From positions 322,345 to 386,344 of the forward strand of contig CAXNJO010000004.1 of the NCBI GenBank assembly GCA_964202905.1: 64,000 nucleotides of DNA, given 5' to 3'. This stretch comes from Polyangiales bacterium (GTDB taxonomy: Bacteria; Myxococcota_A; Polyangia; Polyangiales; JADJQN01). Position numbers and translations under genes: made by a program. Each line of letters opens with the position of its first letter. Positions within the stretch are counted from its first letter, which is position 1. The notes under the pieces were generated by a model. The model saw only the letters and a program-made list of their open reading frames with translations. It was not told the origin of the DNA and did no database searches. Shown in pieces: positions 37,801-46,106 of this stretch.

Positions 37801-40434
37801 TCAGCCGCGGCGCGACCGCCAGAAGGCCGCGAGCCGCGTCCGCGCCGCCAGCATCGTGGGCAGCACGACGACGGCCGCGAGCGTGCACGACACCTCGCCG
37901 GACATCGCGATGCGCCCGAAGGAGCGCAGCGCGAGGTTGTCCGCGAAGAGCAGCGACGCATAGCCGAGGATCGTCGTGAGCGAGCACAGCGCGACGACGC
38001 CCCCGACCGAGCGAACACCCTCCGCGACGTCCTCCGCCGCGAGCTCGGGGCCGTCGGGCACGCGCGCGCGCCGATCGTGCGCCGCGTGCTGGATGCGCTC
38101 GTAGACGTTGATCGAGTACTCGACGCCGAGCCCGAAGGTGAGCGGCAGCGCGACGAAGTTGAGGAAGTTGAGCCGCACGTCGAGCCACGCGGCGCCGCCG
38201 ATCATGAGGGTCACGCCGCTGCAGAGCGCGACGAGGATCGACGCGACCGTCGTCAGCCGCCGCGCGACGACGAACGTGACCGCGATGACGACGAGGAAGG
38301 CGAGGAGCGTCACGCGCGGGCTGTCGCGCTCCATCGAGCGCACCATCTCCGCGAAGATCGTCGCGCGGCTCGCGTTGGGCGCGGGCTGTCCGTCCGCGCC
38401 GCGCACGCCCTCGAGGATGTCGCTGATGCGGAGCAGGTTCTGGCCGCGGCTCTGCGAGATGCGCCGATCGAGCGTGACGAACACCGCCGTCCCGTCGCGG
38501 CCGTCGCGCTCGCGGAAGCGGGTGCGCACGAGGGCGGGGAGGTCCTCGGGCGCGAGCCGACGCAGGTACTCGGGCGGCCGCCACCGCTGCGCGGCCTCGC
38601 GCTCGGCGCCCTCGAGCCGCGGCAGCACACGGTCGAGGTGCGCGCGGATCTCGGCGAGCAGGCGCAGCTTCTCGTCGACCTGCGCGGGCGTGCCGCCGAG
38701 CACGTCGAAGATGGTCTCGACGCGCTCGACGAAGGTGCCGCGCGTCACGCGCCGGTCGCTCGCGACCACCGCGCGCGCGAGGCCCTCGACCTCGGACATG
38801 TCGCTCGCGAGCAGGAGCTGCGGCGAGCCGCGCACCCCGAGCACCGCGTTCGCGCGGAGGCTGAAGCGCCCCGCACCGCGCCGCGTGCTCGACTCCGAGC
38901 GGAGCTTCGCGAAGTCGTACTCCCACGGGTCGCGCAGGTAGCGCGCGAGGGGCCACGCCGCGGCGCCGACGAGGAGCACGACGGCGAGCGCGACCTTGCC
39001 GGTGTGCTGCGTCGCGAGGCGACCGACGAGCGCGGCGACGGGCGCGCGCACGGGCGCGGCGGTCTGCGCTCGACCGCCGCGGCCACGGGCGAAGCGGGCG
39101 GTGAGCCGCTCGACAGCCGTGATCGACGCGGGCATCACGGCGAAGCTCGCGACCCACGACGCGAGCATCCCGACGCCCCCGATGAGGCCGAACTCGCTGA
39201 ACCCGCGGAACGACGTCGCGAGCAGCGCGGCGTACGCGCCGCTCGCCGCGAGCGAGGCGAGCCACGTGCCGGAGCGCGAGGTCTCCGCGGCCTCGAGCAG
39301 CGCCGCCTCGAGGTCGTCCCCGGCCGCGCGCCGCTCGCGGTAGCGCGCGAGGTAGACCATGCCGTAGTTGATGCCGTTGCCCGCGATCAGCGAGCCGAGG
39401 AAGCTCGTCGCCGCGTTGAGGTGCCCGTACGCGCCCATCGCGACGGCGAAGGCCACGCCGCTGCCGATCGTCGCGACCGCGCCGAGGTGCGCGAGCACGA
39501 AGGGCGAGCGGAAGAAGGTGACGAGCACGAGCACGATGAGCGCGAAGGCCGCGATCGACACGACCACGATGTCCGCGACGAGCCCGGCGCGCTCGGCGAT
39601 GGCGTTGGGGATGTCGCCCGCGTACCCGAGCTCGACGCCCGGAAAACGGGCCAGTTCTTCTGCGCCGATGCGCGTGACGGCCGCGTGCAGCCGATCGCCG
39701 CGCGCGTCGCCGAAGCCGCCGCTCGGCGACCGCACGACGAGCACGAACGTGCGCCCGTCCTCCGACTGGAAGTAGCCCGTCGGGAATCGATCGAGCCGCG
39801 CGAGCTCCGCCCGGGCGCGCCGATCGAAGGTCACGATCGCCGACTCGCCGGGGAGCGCTGCGGGCGGGGCGGGCGCGACGTCGGCGCCCGGCACGGCACG
39901 CGCGACGGCCGCCGCGCGCTCGCGGTCCCGCGCTTCACGCGCGTCGCGCAGATCCGCGCACGGATCGTCGAGCTCGAAGTAGCCCGGCATCGCGCGCGCC
40001 CGCGCCCGCTCGAGCTCGCACGAGACGAGCTCGAGATCGACCGGGTCCGCGAAGAGCCAGCGCCAGCGCTCGTAGAAACGCCGCGTCTCGGTGGGCCCAT
40101 GCTCGACGAGGGACACGAGCTCGGTGGGGAGCCGCTTCACGCGGGCCTCGACCGCGTCGATCAACGCCTTGTTTTTCCTCGCGTCGGGCGACTCGACCAC
40201 GACGATGAGCGTCGAGGACGCGCCGCCCCGCCGATCGACGGTGCTGCGGAAACGCCGCGCCGCGGGGCTCTCCGTCGGCAGCAACTCGATGAAGTCGCCG
40301 CGGATCGCGAGCCCGCTCGCGTACGTCCAGCACGAGGCCGCGAACGCGAGCGCGAGGCCGAGCACCCACGCGGGGCGCGCGACCGCGAAGCGCGTGACGG
40401 CGGCGACGACCTGCGCGAATCGCCCAGTATTCAT
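37801..40434 (-). CDS. MMPL / RND-superfamily exporter (two 6-TM bundles with large periplasmic loops)
   Basis: Start at the M of MNTGRFAQVVAAVTRFAVARPAWVLG (cat 40432-40434), overlapping the upstream stop (ATGA). The track ORF carries a 297-aa artefactual N-terminal extension. Hydrophobic clusters lie near both ends. Confidence 0.75.
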   Translation of the reverse strand: MNTGRFAQVVAAVTRFAVARPAWVLGLALAFAASCWTYASGLAIRGDFIELLPTESPAARRFRSTVDRRGGASSTLIVVVESPDARKNKALIDAVEARVKRLPTELVSLVEHGPTETRRFYERWRWLFADPVDLELVSCELERARARAMPGYFELDDPCADLRDAREARDRERAAAVARAVPGADVAPAPPAALPGESAIVTFDRRARAELARLDRFPTGYFQSEDGRTFVLVVRSPSGGFGDARGDRLHAAVTRIGAEELARFPGVELGYAGDIPNAIAERAGLVADIVVVSIAAFALIVLVLVTFFRSPFVLAHLGAVATIGSGVAFAVAMGAYGHLNAATSFLGSLIAGNGINYGMVYLARYRERRAAGDDLEAALLEAAETSRSGTWLASLAASGAYAALLATSFRGFSEFGLIGGVGMLASWVASFAVMPASITAVERLTARFARGRGGRAQTAAPVRAPVAALVGRLATQHTGKVALAVVLLVGAAAWPLARYLRDPWEYDFAKLRSESSTRRGAGRFSLRANAVLGVRGSPQLLLASDMSEVEGLARAVVASDRRVTRGTFVERVETIFDVLGGTPAQVDEKLRLLAEIRAHLDRVLPRLEGAEREAAQRWRPPEYLRRLAPEDLPALVRTRFRERDGRDGTAVFVTLDRRISQSRGQNLLRISDILEGVRGADGQPAPNASRATIFAEMVRSMERDSPRVTLLAFLVVIAVTFVVARRLTTVASILVALCSGVTLMIGGAAWLDVRLNFLNFVALPLTFGLGVEYSINVYERIQHAAHDRRARVPDGPELAAEDVAEGVRSVGGVVALCSLTTILGYASLLFADNLALRSFGRIAMSGEVSCTLAAVVVLPTMLAARTRLAAFWRSRRG

Positions 40435-41585
40435 GGGCGGAGCGCGTCCTCGAGGTCCGCGACGAGCTCGCCCGCGTCCTCCGTGCCGACCGAGAGCCGC
40501 AGCATGTCCGCGGGCACGGGGGACTCCGGCCCCTCGACCGACGCGCGGTGCTCGACGAGACTCTCGGTGCCGCCGAGGCTCGTCGCGCGCTTCCAGAGCC
40601 GCAGGCGACCGAGCGCCGCGAGCGCCGCCTCCGCGCCTCCGGCGACGCGCAGCGAGAGCATGCTGCCGAAACCGCCCCGCATCTGTCGCGACGCGACCTC
40701 GTGCCCCGGGAAGCCGGGCAGGCCCGGGTAGAGCACCTCGACGACCCGCGCATGCCCGCAGAAATGCTCGGCGATCCGCTGCGCGGAGGCGCTCGCGACG
40801 CGCGCGCGGAGCGGCAGCGTGCGCATCCCGCGCAAGAGCAGCCAGGCCTCGAACGGCCCGATCACGGCGCCCTCGAGGGCGCGCACCTCGAGCACCCGCG
40901 CGAAGAGCGCGTCGTCCTCGCGCGCCGCGGTGACGCTGCCCGCGAGCACGTCGCTGTGCCCGTTGAGCGCCTTGGTCGCCGCGTGCACGACGAGGTCCGC
41001 GCCGAGCGCGAGAGGCTGCGTGAAGATCGGCGTCGCGACCGTCGAGTCGACGACGAGCCGCGCGCCCGCCTCGTGCGCGAGCGCGGCGGAGCGCGCGATG
41101 TCGGTGACCGTCCAGACCGGGTTCGCGGGCGTCTCGATCCACACGAGCCGCGTCTGCCCGGGCCGGAGCGCTGCCGCGAGCGCGGCCGGGTCGTGCGCGT
41201 CGGCGAGCGTCACGTCGAGCCCCCAGCGCGCGCCGGGCCCCGTGAGCCAGCGCCGCAGCGCCCAATACATCAGCCGCGGCGCGACGACGTGATCGCCCGG
41301 TGAGAGCGCGCGGAACACCGCCGTGCACGCGGCCATCCCCGAGGCGAAGAGCGCCGTGCGCGCCCCCCCCTCGAGCGCGGTGATGAGCCGCTCCGCGGGC
41401 TCGAACGCGGGGCTCTGATCGCGCGCATACACGCGCCCCGGCGCGACGAGCGCGTTCGCTTCGTCCCGCGCGAACGTGGTCGAGGGGTGGATCGCGGGGA
41501 CGAGCGCCCCCGTCTGCGGATCGATGTCTCCGAGGGCCTGCGCGCAGAGCGTGTCGACGGAGCGGAGCGGGCGGTCGGGCGGCAT
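40431..41585 (-). CDS. Cys/Met-metabolism PLP-dependent enzyme (cystathionine gamma-synthase/lyase family)
   Basis: HAATKALNGHSDVLAG PLP-lysine motif. Start at the M of MPPDRPLRSVD (cat 41583-41585). Confidence 0.8.
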   Translation of the reverse strand: MPPDRPLRSVDTLCAQALGDIDPQTGALVPAIHPSTTFARDEANALVAPGRVYARDQSPAFEPAERLITALEGGARTALFASGMAACTAVFRALSPGDHVVAPRLMYWALRRWLTGPGARWGLDVTLADAHDPAALAAALRPGQTRLVWIETPANPVWTVTDIARSAALAHEAGARLVVDSTVATPIFTQPLALGADLVVHAATKALNGHSDVLAGSVTAAREDDALFARVLEVRALEGAVIGPFEAWLLLRGMRTLPLRARVASASAQRIAEHFCGHARVVEVLYPGLPGFPGHEVASRQMRGGFGSMLSLRVAGGAEAALAALGRLRLWKRATSLGGTESLVEHRASVEGPESPVPADMLRLSVGTEDAGELVADLEDALRP

Positions 41586-41648
41586 GCGCGGCGACGCTAG
41601 CGCGAACCCCCGCGGGACGCGACGGCCACGGGCCACGCCGCGCGCACC

Positions 41649-43226
41649 TCAGCGCGGACGCGCGGCGAGCGTCGCGGGCACGCGCGGCAGGCCGAGTTTC
41701 TTCATGCGGCTCTGCAGGGTCGAGGGCGGCAGCCCGAGCACCTCGGCCGCGCCGCCCGGCCCGTAGATGCGGCCCTCCGTCGCAGCGAGCACGCGGCGGA
41801 TGTGCGCGCGCTGCGCATCGTCGAGCGAGCCGAGCGCCACGGACGCGCCCGGCGTCGCGGTGGGCCCTTCGATCGGCGCGTCGCGCGCGGGGAGGTCGAT
41901 CGTCGCGGCCCCGAGCTCGCGCTCGCGCGTGAGGATCGTCGCGCGCTCGAGCACGTTCGCGAGCTCACGCAGGTTGCCCGGCCAGTCGTGTCCCGCGAGC
42001 TTCTCGAGCGCGTCCTCGCCCACGCGCGTCGGCGCCCTCCCCGTGCGCTTGCCGATCTGCAGGAGCAACGACGCGCAGAGCTCCGGCAGATCCTCGAGCC
42101 GCTCGCGCAGCGGCGGCAGCGCGAGAGGGAACACGTGGAGCCGGTAGTACAGGTCCTCGCGGAAGCGGCCCGCGCCGATGGCGCGGCGCAGATCCACGTG
42201 CGTCGCCGCGAGGATGCGCACGTCGACCTTCACCGTTCGGTCCGCGCCCACGGGCTCGAACGAGCCCTCCTGCAAGACGCGCAGCAGCTTCGCCTGCAGC
42301 TCGAACGGGAGCTCGCCGATCTCGTCGAGCAGCAGCGTGCCGCCGTTCGCCATCGCGAAGCGGCCCGCGCGATCGCGCGTCGCGCCGGTGAACGAGCCCT
42401 TCGTGTGGCCGAAGAGCTCGCTCTCGAGCAGCCCGGGCGGGATGGCCGCGCAGTTGATCGTGACGAAGGGCTGCTCGGCGCGCGGGCTCCACGTGTGCAG
42501 CGCGCGCGCGAGCCGCTCCTTGCCCGTGCCCGTCTCGCCGAGGATGAGCACCGGCGTGCTGGTGGCCGCGACCTGCCGCGCGCGCCGCGCGATCTCGCGG
42601 ACCGCCGCGCTGCGGCTCGTCTCGAGGACGCCCTCGTCGTCGCCGCTCAGCGCCGCCTCGAGCAGTTGCGCGCGCTCGTGGTCGCGCCGGTGCAGCCGCG
42701 CGAGCAGGGCACGCTGCTCGGCGTTGGCGATCGCGAGCGCGAGGATCTGCGCATAGACCTCGGCGAGGTCGACGACGCCCTGCGGGTACGACTCGCAGCG
42801 CGTGCGATCGAGCGCGAGCACCCCGAACGCGCGCTCCCCCGCGACGAGGGGCACGACCATGCACGAGTGCCCGGGCGGCAGATCGAGCACCCCGTCGAAC
42901 GGGTCACCGTCCCCGTGCGCGTGGTCCTGCTCGGTGAACGCGCGCGCGCGCCGCGTCTCGAGCGCCTCGCGGATCGTCGGAAACCGGTCGAGCGCGAGCG
43001 TGTGCCCGCGCAGACGCGGCCCGGCGAGAGAGCCGCGCGCCATCCGCACGACGAGCGTGTCGCCCTCGAGCGCGAAGATCGTCGCGAGATCGTAGGGCGC
43101 GAGGCGCCCGAGCCAGTCGAGCCCGCGCCGCAGCAGATCGTCGAGCCCGTCGTCGACCCCGGCGATGCGCGCGAGGTCTCGCAGGTCGCGGGTCAGGTCC
43201 ATCGGAGCGCGCAACGCGTTCGGCAT
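41649..43226 (-). CDS. sigma-54-dependent transcriptional activator with an N-terminal GAF domain (bacterial enhancer-binding protein)
   Basis: AAA+ core ILGETGTGKERLARALH, GAFTGA-type motif GHTKGSFTGA, ESELFGH, and a C-terminal HTH. The start may be 43226 or 43202. Confidence 0.85.
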   Translation of the reverse strand: MPNALRAPMDLTRDLRDLARIAGVDDGLDDLLRRGLDWLGRLAPYDLATIFALEGDTLVVRMARGSLAGPRLRGHTLALDRFPTIREALETRRARAFTEQDHAHGDGDPFDGVLDLPPGHSCMVVPLVAGERAFGVLALDRTRCESYPQGVVDLAEVYAQILALAIANAEQRALLARLHRRDHERAQLLEAALSGDDEGVLETSRSAAVREIARRARQVAATSTPVLILGETGTGKERLARALHTWSPRAEQPFVTINCAAIPPGLLESELFGHTKGSFTGATRDRAGRFAMANGGTLLLDEIGELPFELQAKLLRVLQEGSFEPVGADRTVKVDVRILAATHVDLRRAIGAGRFREDLYYRLHVFPLALPPLRERLEDLPELCASLLLQIGKRTGRAPTRVGEDALEKLAGHDWPGNLRELANVLERATILTRERELGAATIDLPARDAPIEGPTATPGASVALGSLDDAQRAHIRRVLAATEGRIYGPGGAAEVLGLPPSTLQSRMKKLGLPRVPATLAARPR

Positions 43227-43241
43227 CCGCGGGTTCTAGGG

Positions 43242-43297
43242 CACCGACATCTCACTGCCAAGACACCGGCATGTCGGTGACCACCGGAATATCGGTG
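43242..43297. promoter_or_regulatory. Candidate upstream activator sequences: inverted repeats CACCGACAT-N20-ATGTCGGTG and CACCG-gaatat-CGGTG
   Basis: Perfect reverse-complement arms, located 55-110 bp upstream of the -24/-12 element. Confidence 0.35.
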
Positions 43298-43352
43298 AGG
43301 CTGGGGGCAGAGGATCGCAGAAAATCCGCGTCAACCACGACGGGCCGTTGCC

Positions 43353-43368
43353 TGGCACGCCATCTGCT
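43353..43368 (+). promoter_or_regulatory. sigma-54 (-24/-12) promoter TGGCACGCCATCTGCT upstream of ahpC
   Basis: GG and GC are separated by 10 nt. It fits TGGCACG-N4-TTGCW with one mismatch. It lies ~58 nt upstream of the ahpC ATG and next to a divergent enhancer-binding protein gene. Confidence 0.55.
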
Positions 43369-43425
43369 CTTACACAGCGCGGCGCCGCGACCCGCACAGC
43401 GGCCACCCCCCAGAGGAGAACACCC

Positions 43426-43959
43426 ATGCTCACCGTCGGCTACAAGCTCCCCGCCTTCACCGTCACGGCCACCGTCAGCACCGAGAAGGGCAAGGAGTTC
43501 AAGGACATCTCGAACACCGACTACGCGGGGAAGTGGCTCATCCTCTACTTCTATCCGAAGGACTTCACCTTCATCTGCCCGACCGAGATCGTCGATTTCG
43601 ACAAGGCGCAGAAGGACTTCGCCGAGCGCGACGCGGTCGTCGTCGGCGGCAGCACGGACAACCCCTTCTCGCACCTCGCCTGGCGCAACAGCCACGCGGA
43701 TCTGAAGAACATCACGCACCCGCTCATCCACCTCACGCCGAAGCTCGGCGCCGAGCTCGGCGTCATCCACCCGGACGAGGGCGTCGCGCTCCGCACGACG
43801 TTCATCATCGACCCGAACGGCGTGATCCGCTCGGCCGTCGCGTACGATCTGAACGTCGGCCGCAGCGTCAAGGAGACCCTGCGCACGCTCGACGCGCTGC
43901 AGACGGACGAGCTCTGCCCCTGCAACTGGCAGAAGGGCGAGAATACGCTCGGCAAGTGA
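43426..43959 (+). CDS. ahpC: peroxiredoxin AhpC (alkyl hydroperoxide reductase C, 2-Cys)
   Basis: MLTVGYKLPAFTVTA...WLILYFYPKDFTFICPTEI; the resolving Cys is in TDELCPCNW. RBS AGAGGAGAA. Confidence 0.9.
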   Translation: MLTVGYKLPAFTVTATVSTEKGKEFKDISNTDYAGKWLILYFYPKDFTFICPTEIVDFDKAQKDFAERDAVVVGGSTDNPFSHLAWRNSHADLKNITHPLIHLTPKLGAELGVIHPDEGVALRTTFIIDPNGVIRSAVAYDLNVGRSVKETLRTLDALQTDELCPCNWQKGENTLGK

Positions 43960-44057
43960 TCGCACGGCGCGCCCCTCCCACGGGGAGGGGCCGCGCACGC
44001 TTCGGCTTCGTCTCCCTTCACGCCCCCCGCTCACGCCCCGCCACGAGAGGAGTCCCC

Positions 44058-44585
44058 ATGACCCAGGCCATCGACGCGCTCCGCGACGCCCTGCCCGACG
44101 CTGCCCGCGACCTGAAGATCAACCTCGGGACCATGCTCGCCCTCGAGTCGCTGACGCCCGCGCAGCGCTGGGGTTCGGCCCTCGCCTGCGCGATCACCGC
44201 GGGGCACGCGGGGCTCCGCGACGCCCTCGCCGCCGACGCGCGCGCCGCGGGCGTGTCCGAGGAGGTGCTCGACGACGCCCGCGCAGCGGCCGCGATCATG
44301 GCGATGAACAACGTCGTCTACCGCGCGCGCCACATGCTCGGCGGCGCGTACGAGGCGCGCCCGATCCGGCTCCGCATGCAGCGCATCGGCGCCGTGAAGA
44401 CGAACAAACTCGACTTCGAGTTGATGTGCCTCGCCGCGAGCGCCATCGGCGGCTGCGAGGTCTGCCTCCAGGCCCACGAGAAGGTCGTGCGCGAGGGCGG
44501 ACTCTCCGAAGACGTCGTGTTCGACGCCGTGCGCATCGCGGCCGTCGTGAAGGGCGTCGCCGTCGGGCTTGCGCTCGGCGCTTGA
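44058..44585 (+). CDS. ahpD: alkylhydroperoxidase AhpD family (carboxymuconolactone decarboxylase fold)
   Basis: Internal start MTQAIDALRD with a GAGAGGAG RBS. ELMCLAASAIGGCEVCLQAHE catalytic CxxC-type motif. Confidence 0.8.
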   Translation: MTQAIDALRDALPDAARDLKINLGTMLALESLTPAQRWGSALACAITAGHAGLRDALAADARAAGVSEEVLDDARAAAAIMAMNNVVYRARHMLGGAYEARPIRLRMQRIGAVKTNKLDFELMCLAASAIGGCEVCLQAHEKVVREGGLSEDVVFDAVRIAAVVKGVAVGLALGA

Positions 44586-44635
44586 CGCGCGCGCGCCCGC
44601 ATGGGACCAACGCCCGCACGAGCGAGGAGCCTGCC

Positions 44636-44818
44636 GTGAGCGAGACCTACGTCAACGTCGAGATCGATGCCGAAGGCGAGAAGCGCATCCAGGCCGAGGA
44701 GCAGACCTGGACGGGCGGGAAGCTGATCCTGCTCGGGGTCATCACGCTGCCCATCTGCCTCGCGATCCTCTTCGCCCTCGCGAACGCCACGACCTGGATG
44801 GGCACGCACCAGCCCTGA
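44636..44818 (+). CDS. small hypothetical membrane protein (60 aa, one TM)
   Basis: GTG at 44636 with GAGGAG at -8. VSETYVNVEIDAEGEKRIQAEEQTWTGGKLILLGVITLPICLAILFALANATTWMGTHQP. Confidence 0.4.
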   Translation: MSETYVNVEIDAEGEKRIQAEEQTWTGGKLILLGVITLPICLAILFALANATTWMGTHQP

Positions 44819-44870
44819 TCGCCCCGCGCGGCCGCCCCCAGCCGGGAGGCCGCGCGCGATCGGCACTCCC

Positions 44871-44950
44871 CGCAGCGCGCCTGCCTCGCAGCACGCCTGC
44901 CTCGCAGCACGCTTGCCTCCGCAGTGCGCCTGCCCCGCAGAACGCCTGCC
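44871..44950. repeat. five tandem copies of a 16-bp unit CGCAGCRCGCCTGCCT
   Basis: cgcagcgcgcctgcct / cgcagcacgcctgcct / cgcagcacgcttgcct / ccgcagtgcgcctgcc / ccgcagaacgcctgcc. It lies in the convergent intergenic region before oleD, followed by hairpins CCGCTC-N9-GAGCGG and GACCG-tt-CGGTC. Confidence 0.65.
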
Positions 44951-45080
44951 CCGGAGCGGCGGGCGATCCACCTTGGGGGAGGCGTTCGTTCCGCTCGGGT
45001 GAACGGAGCGGCGCCGACCGTTCGGTCTTTGTGAACGAGCCGCGTGCCTCCGCGACGTGGAGGCCGAGGGCCCGCCGCGT

Positions 45081-46106
45081 TCAGGCCTTCGGCGCGTCGC
45101 GCAGCCAGGCCGCGAGGTGCTTCATGCCCTCGTCGATCGAGACGCGCGGCGTCCAGCCGAAATCCCGCGCGCAAGGCGTGATGTCGAACCAGTGCGCGGT
45201 CGCGAGCTGCTCGGCGACGAAGCGGGTCATGAGCGGCTCCCCCTCGCGGCGCAGCACGCGGTACACGAACTCGCTCACGGCGCCGGCCGCATACGCGACG
45301 CGGAACGGGACGTGGCGCGTGACCGGCGGGAGCCCCGCGGCCGCGACGATGCGGTTGATCAGCGCGCCGATGGGCAGCGGCTCGCCGTTCGAGACGAAGT
45401 AGGCATTGCCGCCGAGCGGCCCTTGCACGGTGAGCGCCCCGGCCGCGGCGAGGTGCGCGTCGACCACGTTGTCGATGTACGTGCTGTCGACGAGGGCGCG
45501 GCCATCGCCGACGATGCGGAGCCGTCCGGTCTGCGCGCGCGCCACGATGCGCGGCACGAGGTGGTTGTCCCCGGGGCCCCACACGAGGTGCGGGCGCAGA
45601 GACACCGTCGCGAGCCGCCCCCCCGCCCGCGCGAGCGCACGGCCGTTCGCGGTGCGGACGCGCTTCTCCGCGATCGCTTTGGTGCGTGGGTACTCGGCGG
45701 CGTACGCGGCCTCGGGCGGGTACGGGTGGGACGCGTCCACGCCCTCGAGATCCCCGCCCGCGTGCGCGACGGAGGGCGAGCTCGTGAACACGAGCTTCGG
45801 CACGTTCGCCGCGACGCAGGCCGTGATGACGTGCTCGGTTCCCTGCACGTTCGTGCGCTCGAACTCCTCGCGGCGCCCCCACACGCCCGCCTTCGCCGCG
45901 ACGTGGAAGACGACGTCGCAGCCCTCGGCCGCGCGCAGCACGGCGCCCGCGTCCGCGAGATCGCCGCGCAACACCGTGCACCCGAGCGTCGCGAGCGCCG
46001 GATACGCGCCGCGCGCGAGCGTGCGCACCTCGTCACCGCGCGCGCGGAGCGCCGCGACGATCGCCTGGCCGATGAAGCCGCCGCCCCCCGTGACGAGCGC
46101 CCTCAC
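45081..46106 (-). CDS. oleD: NAD(P)-dependent 3-beta-HSD/epimerase family reductase, OleD
   Basis: MRALVTGGGGFIGQAIV Rossmann motif. Synteny with oleABC. ATGA overlap with the oleC stop. Confidence 0.75.
   Translation of the reverse strand: MRALVTGGGGFIGQAIVAALRARGDEVRTLARGAYPALATLGCTVLRGDLADAGAVLRAAEGCDVVFHVAAKAGVWGRREEFERTNVQGTEHVITACVAANVPKLVFTSSPSVAHAGGDLEGVDASHPYPPEAAYAAEYPRTKAIAEKRVRTANGRALARAGGRLATVSLRPHLVWGPGDNHLVPRIVARAQTGRLRIVGDGRALVDSTYIDNVVDAHLAAAGALTVQGPLGGNAYFVSNGEPLPIGALINRIVAAAGLPPVTRHVPFRVAYAAGAVSEFVYRVLRREGEPLMTRFVAEQLATAHWFDITPCARDFGWTPRVSIDEGMKHLAAWLRDAPKA

Noticed and set aside
37801-41328. 1175-aa version of the MMPL exporter
   Set aside because: The first 297 residues overlap the PLP-enzyme gene in another frame and are Arg-rich. 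The true start is the ATG at 40434, which overlaps the upstream stop.
44871-44950. CRISPR array
   Set aside because: The 16-bp units are directly abutting with no spacers, and there are no cas genes. It is a simple tandem repeat.
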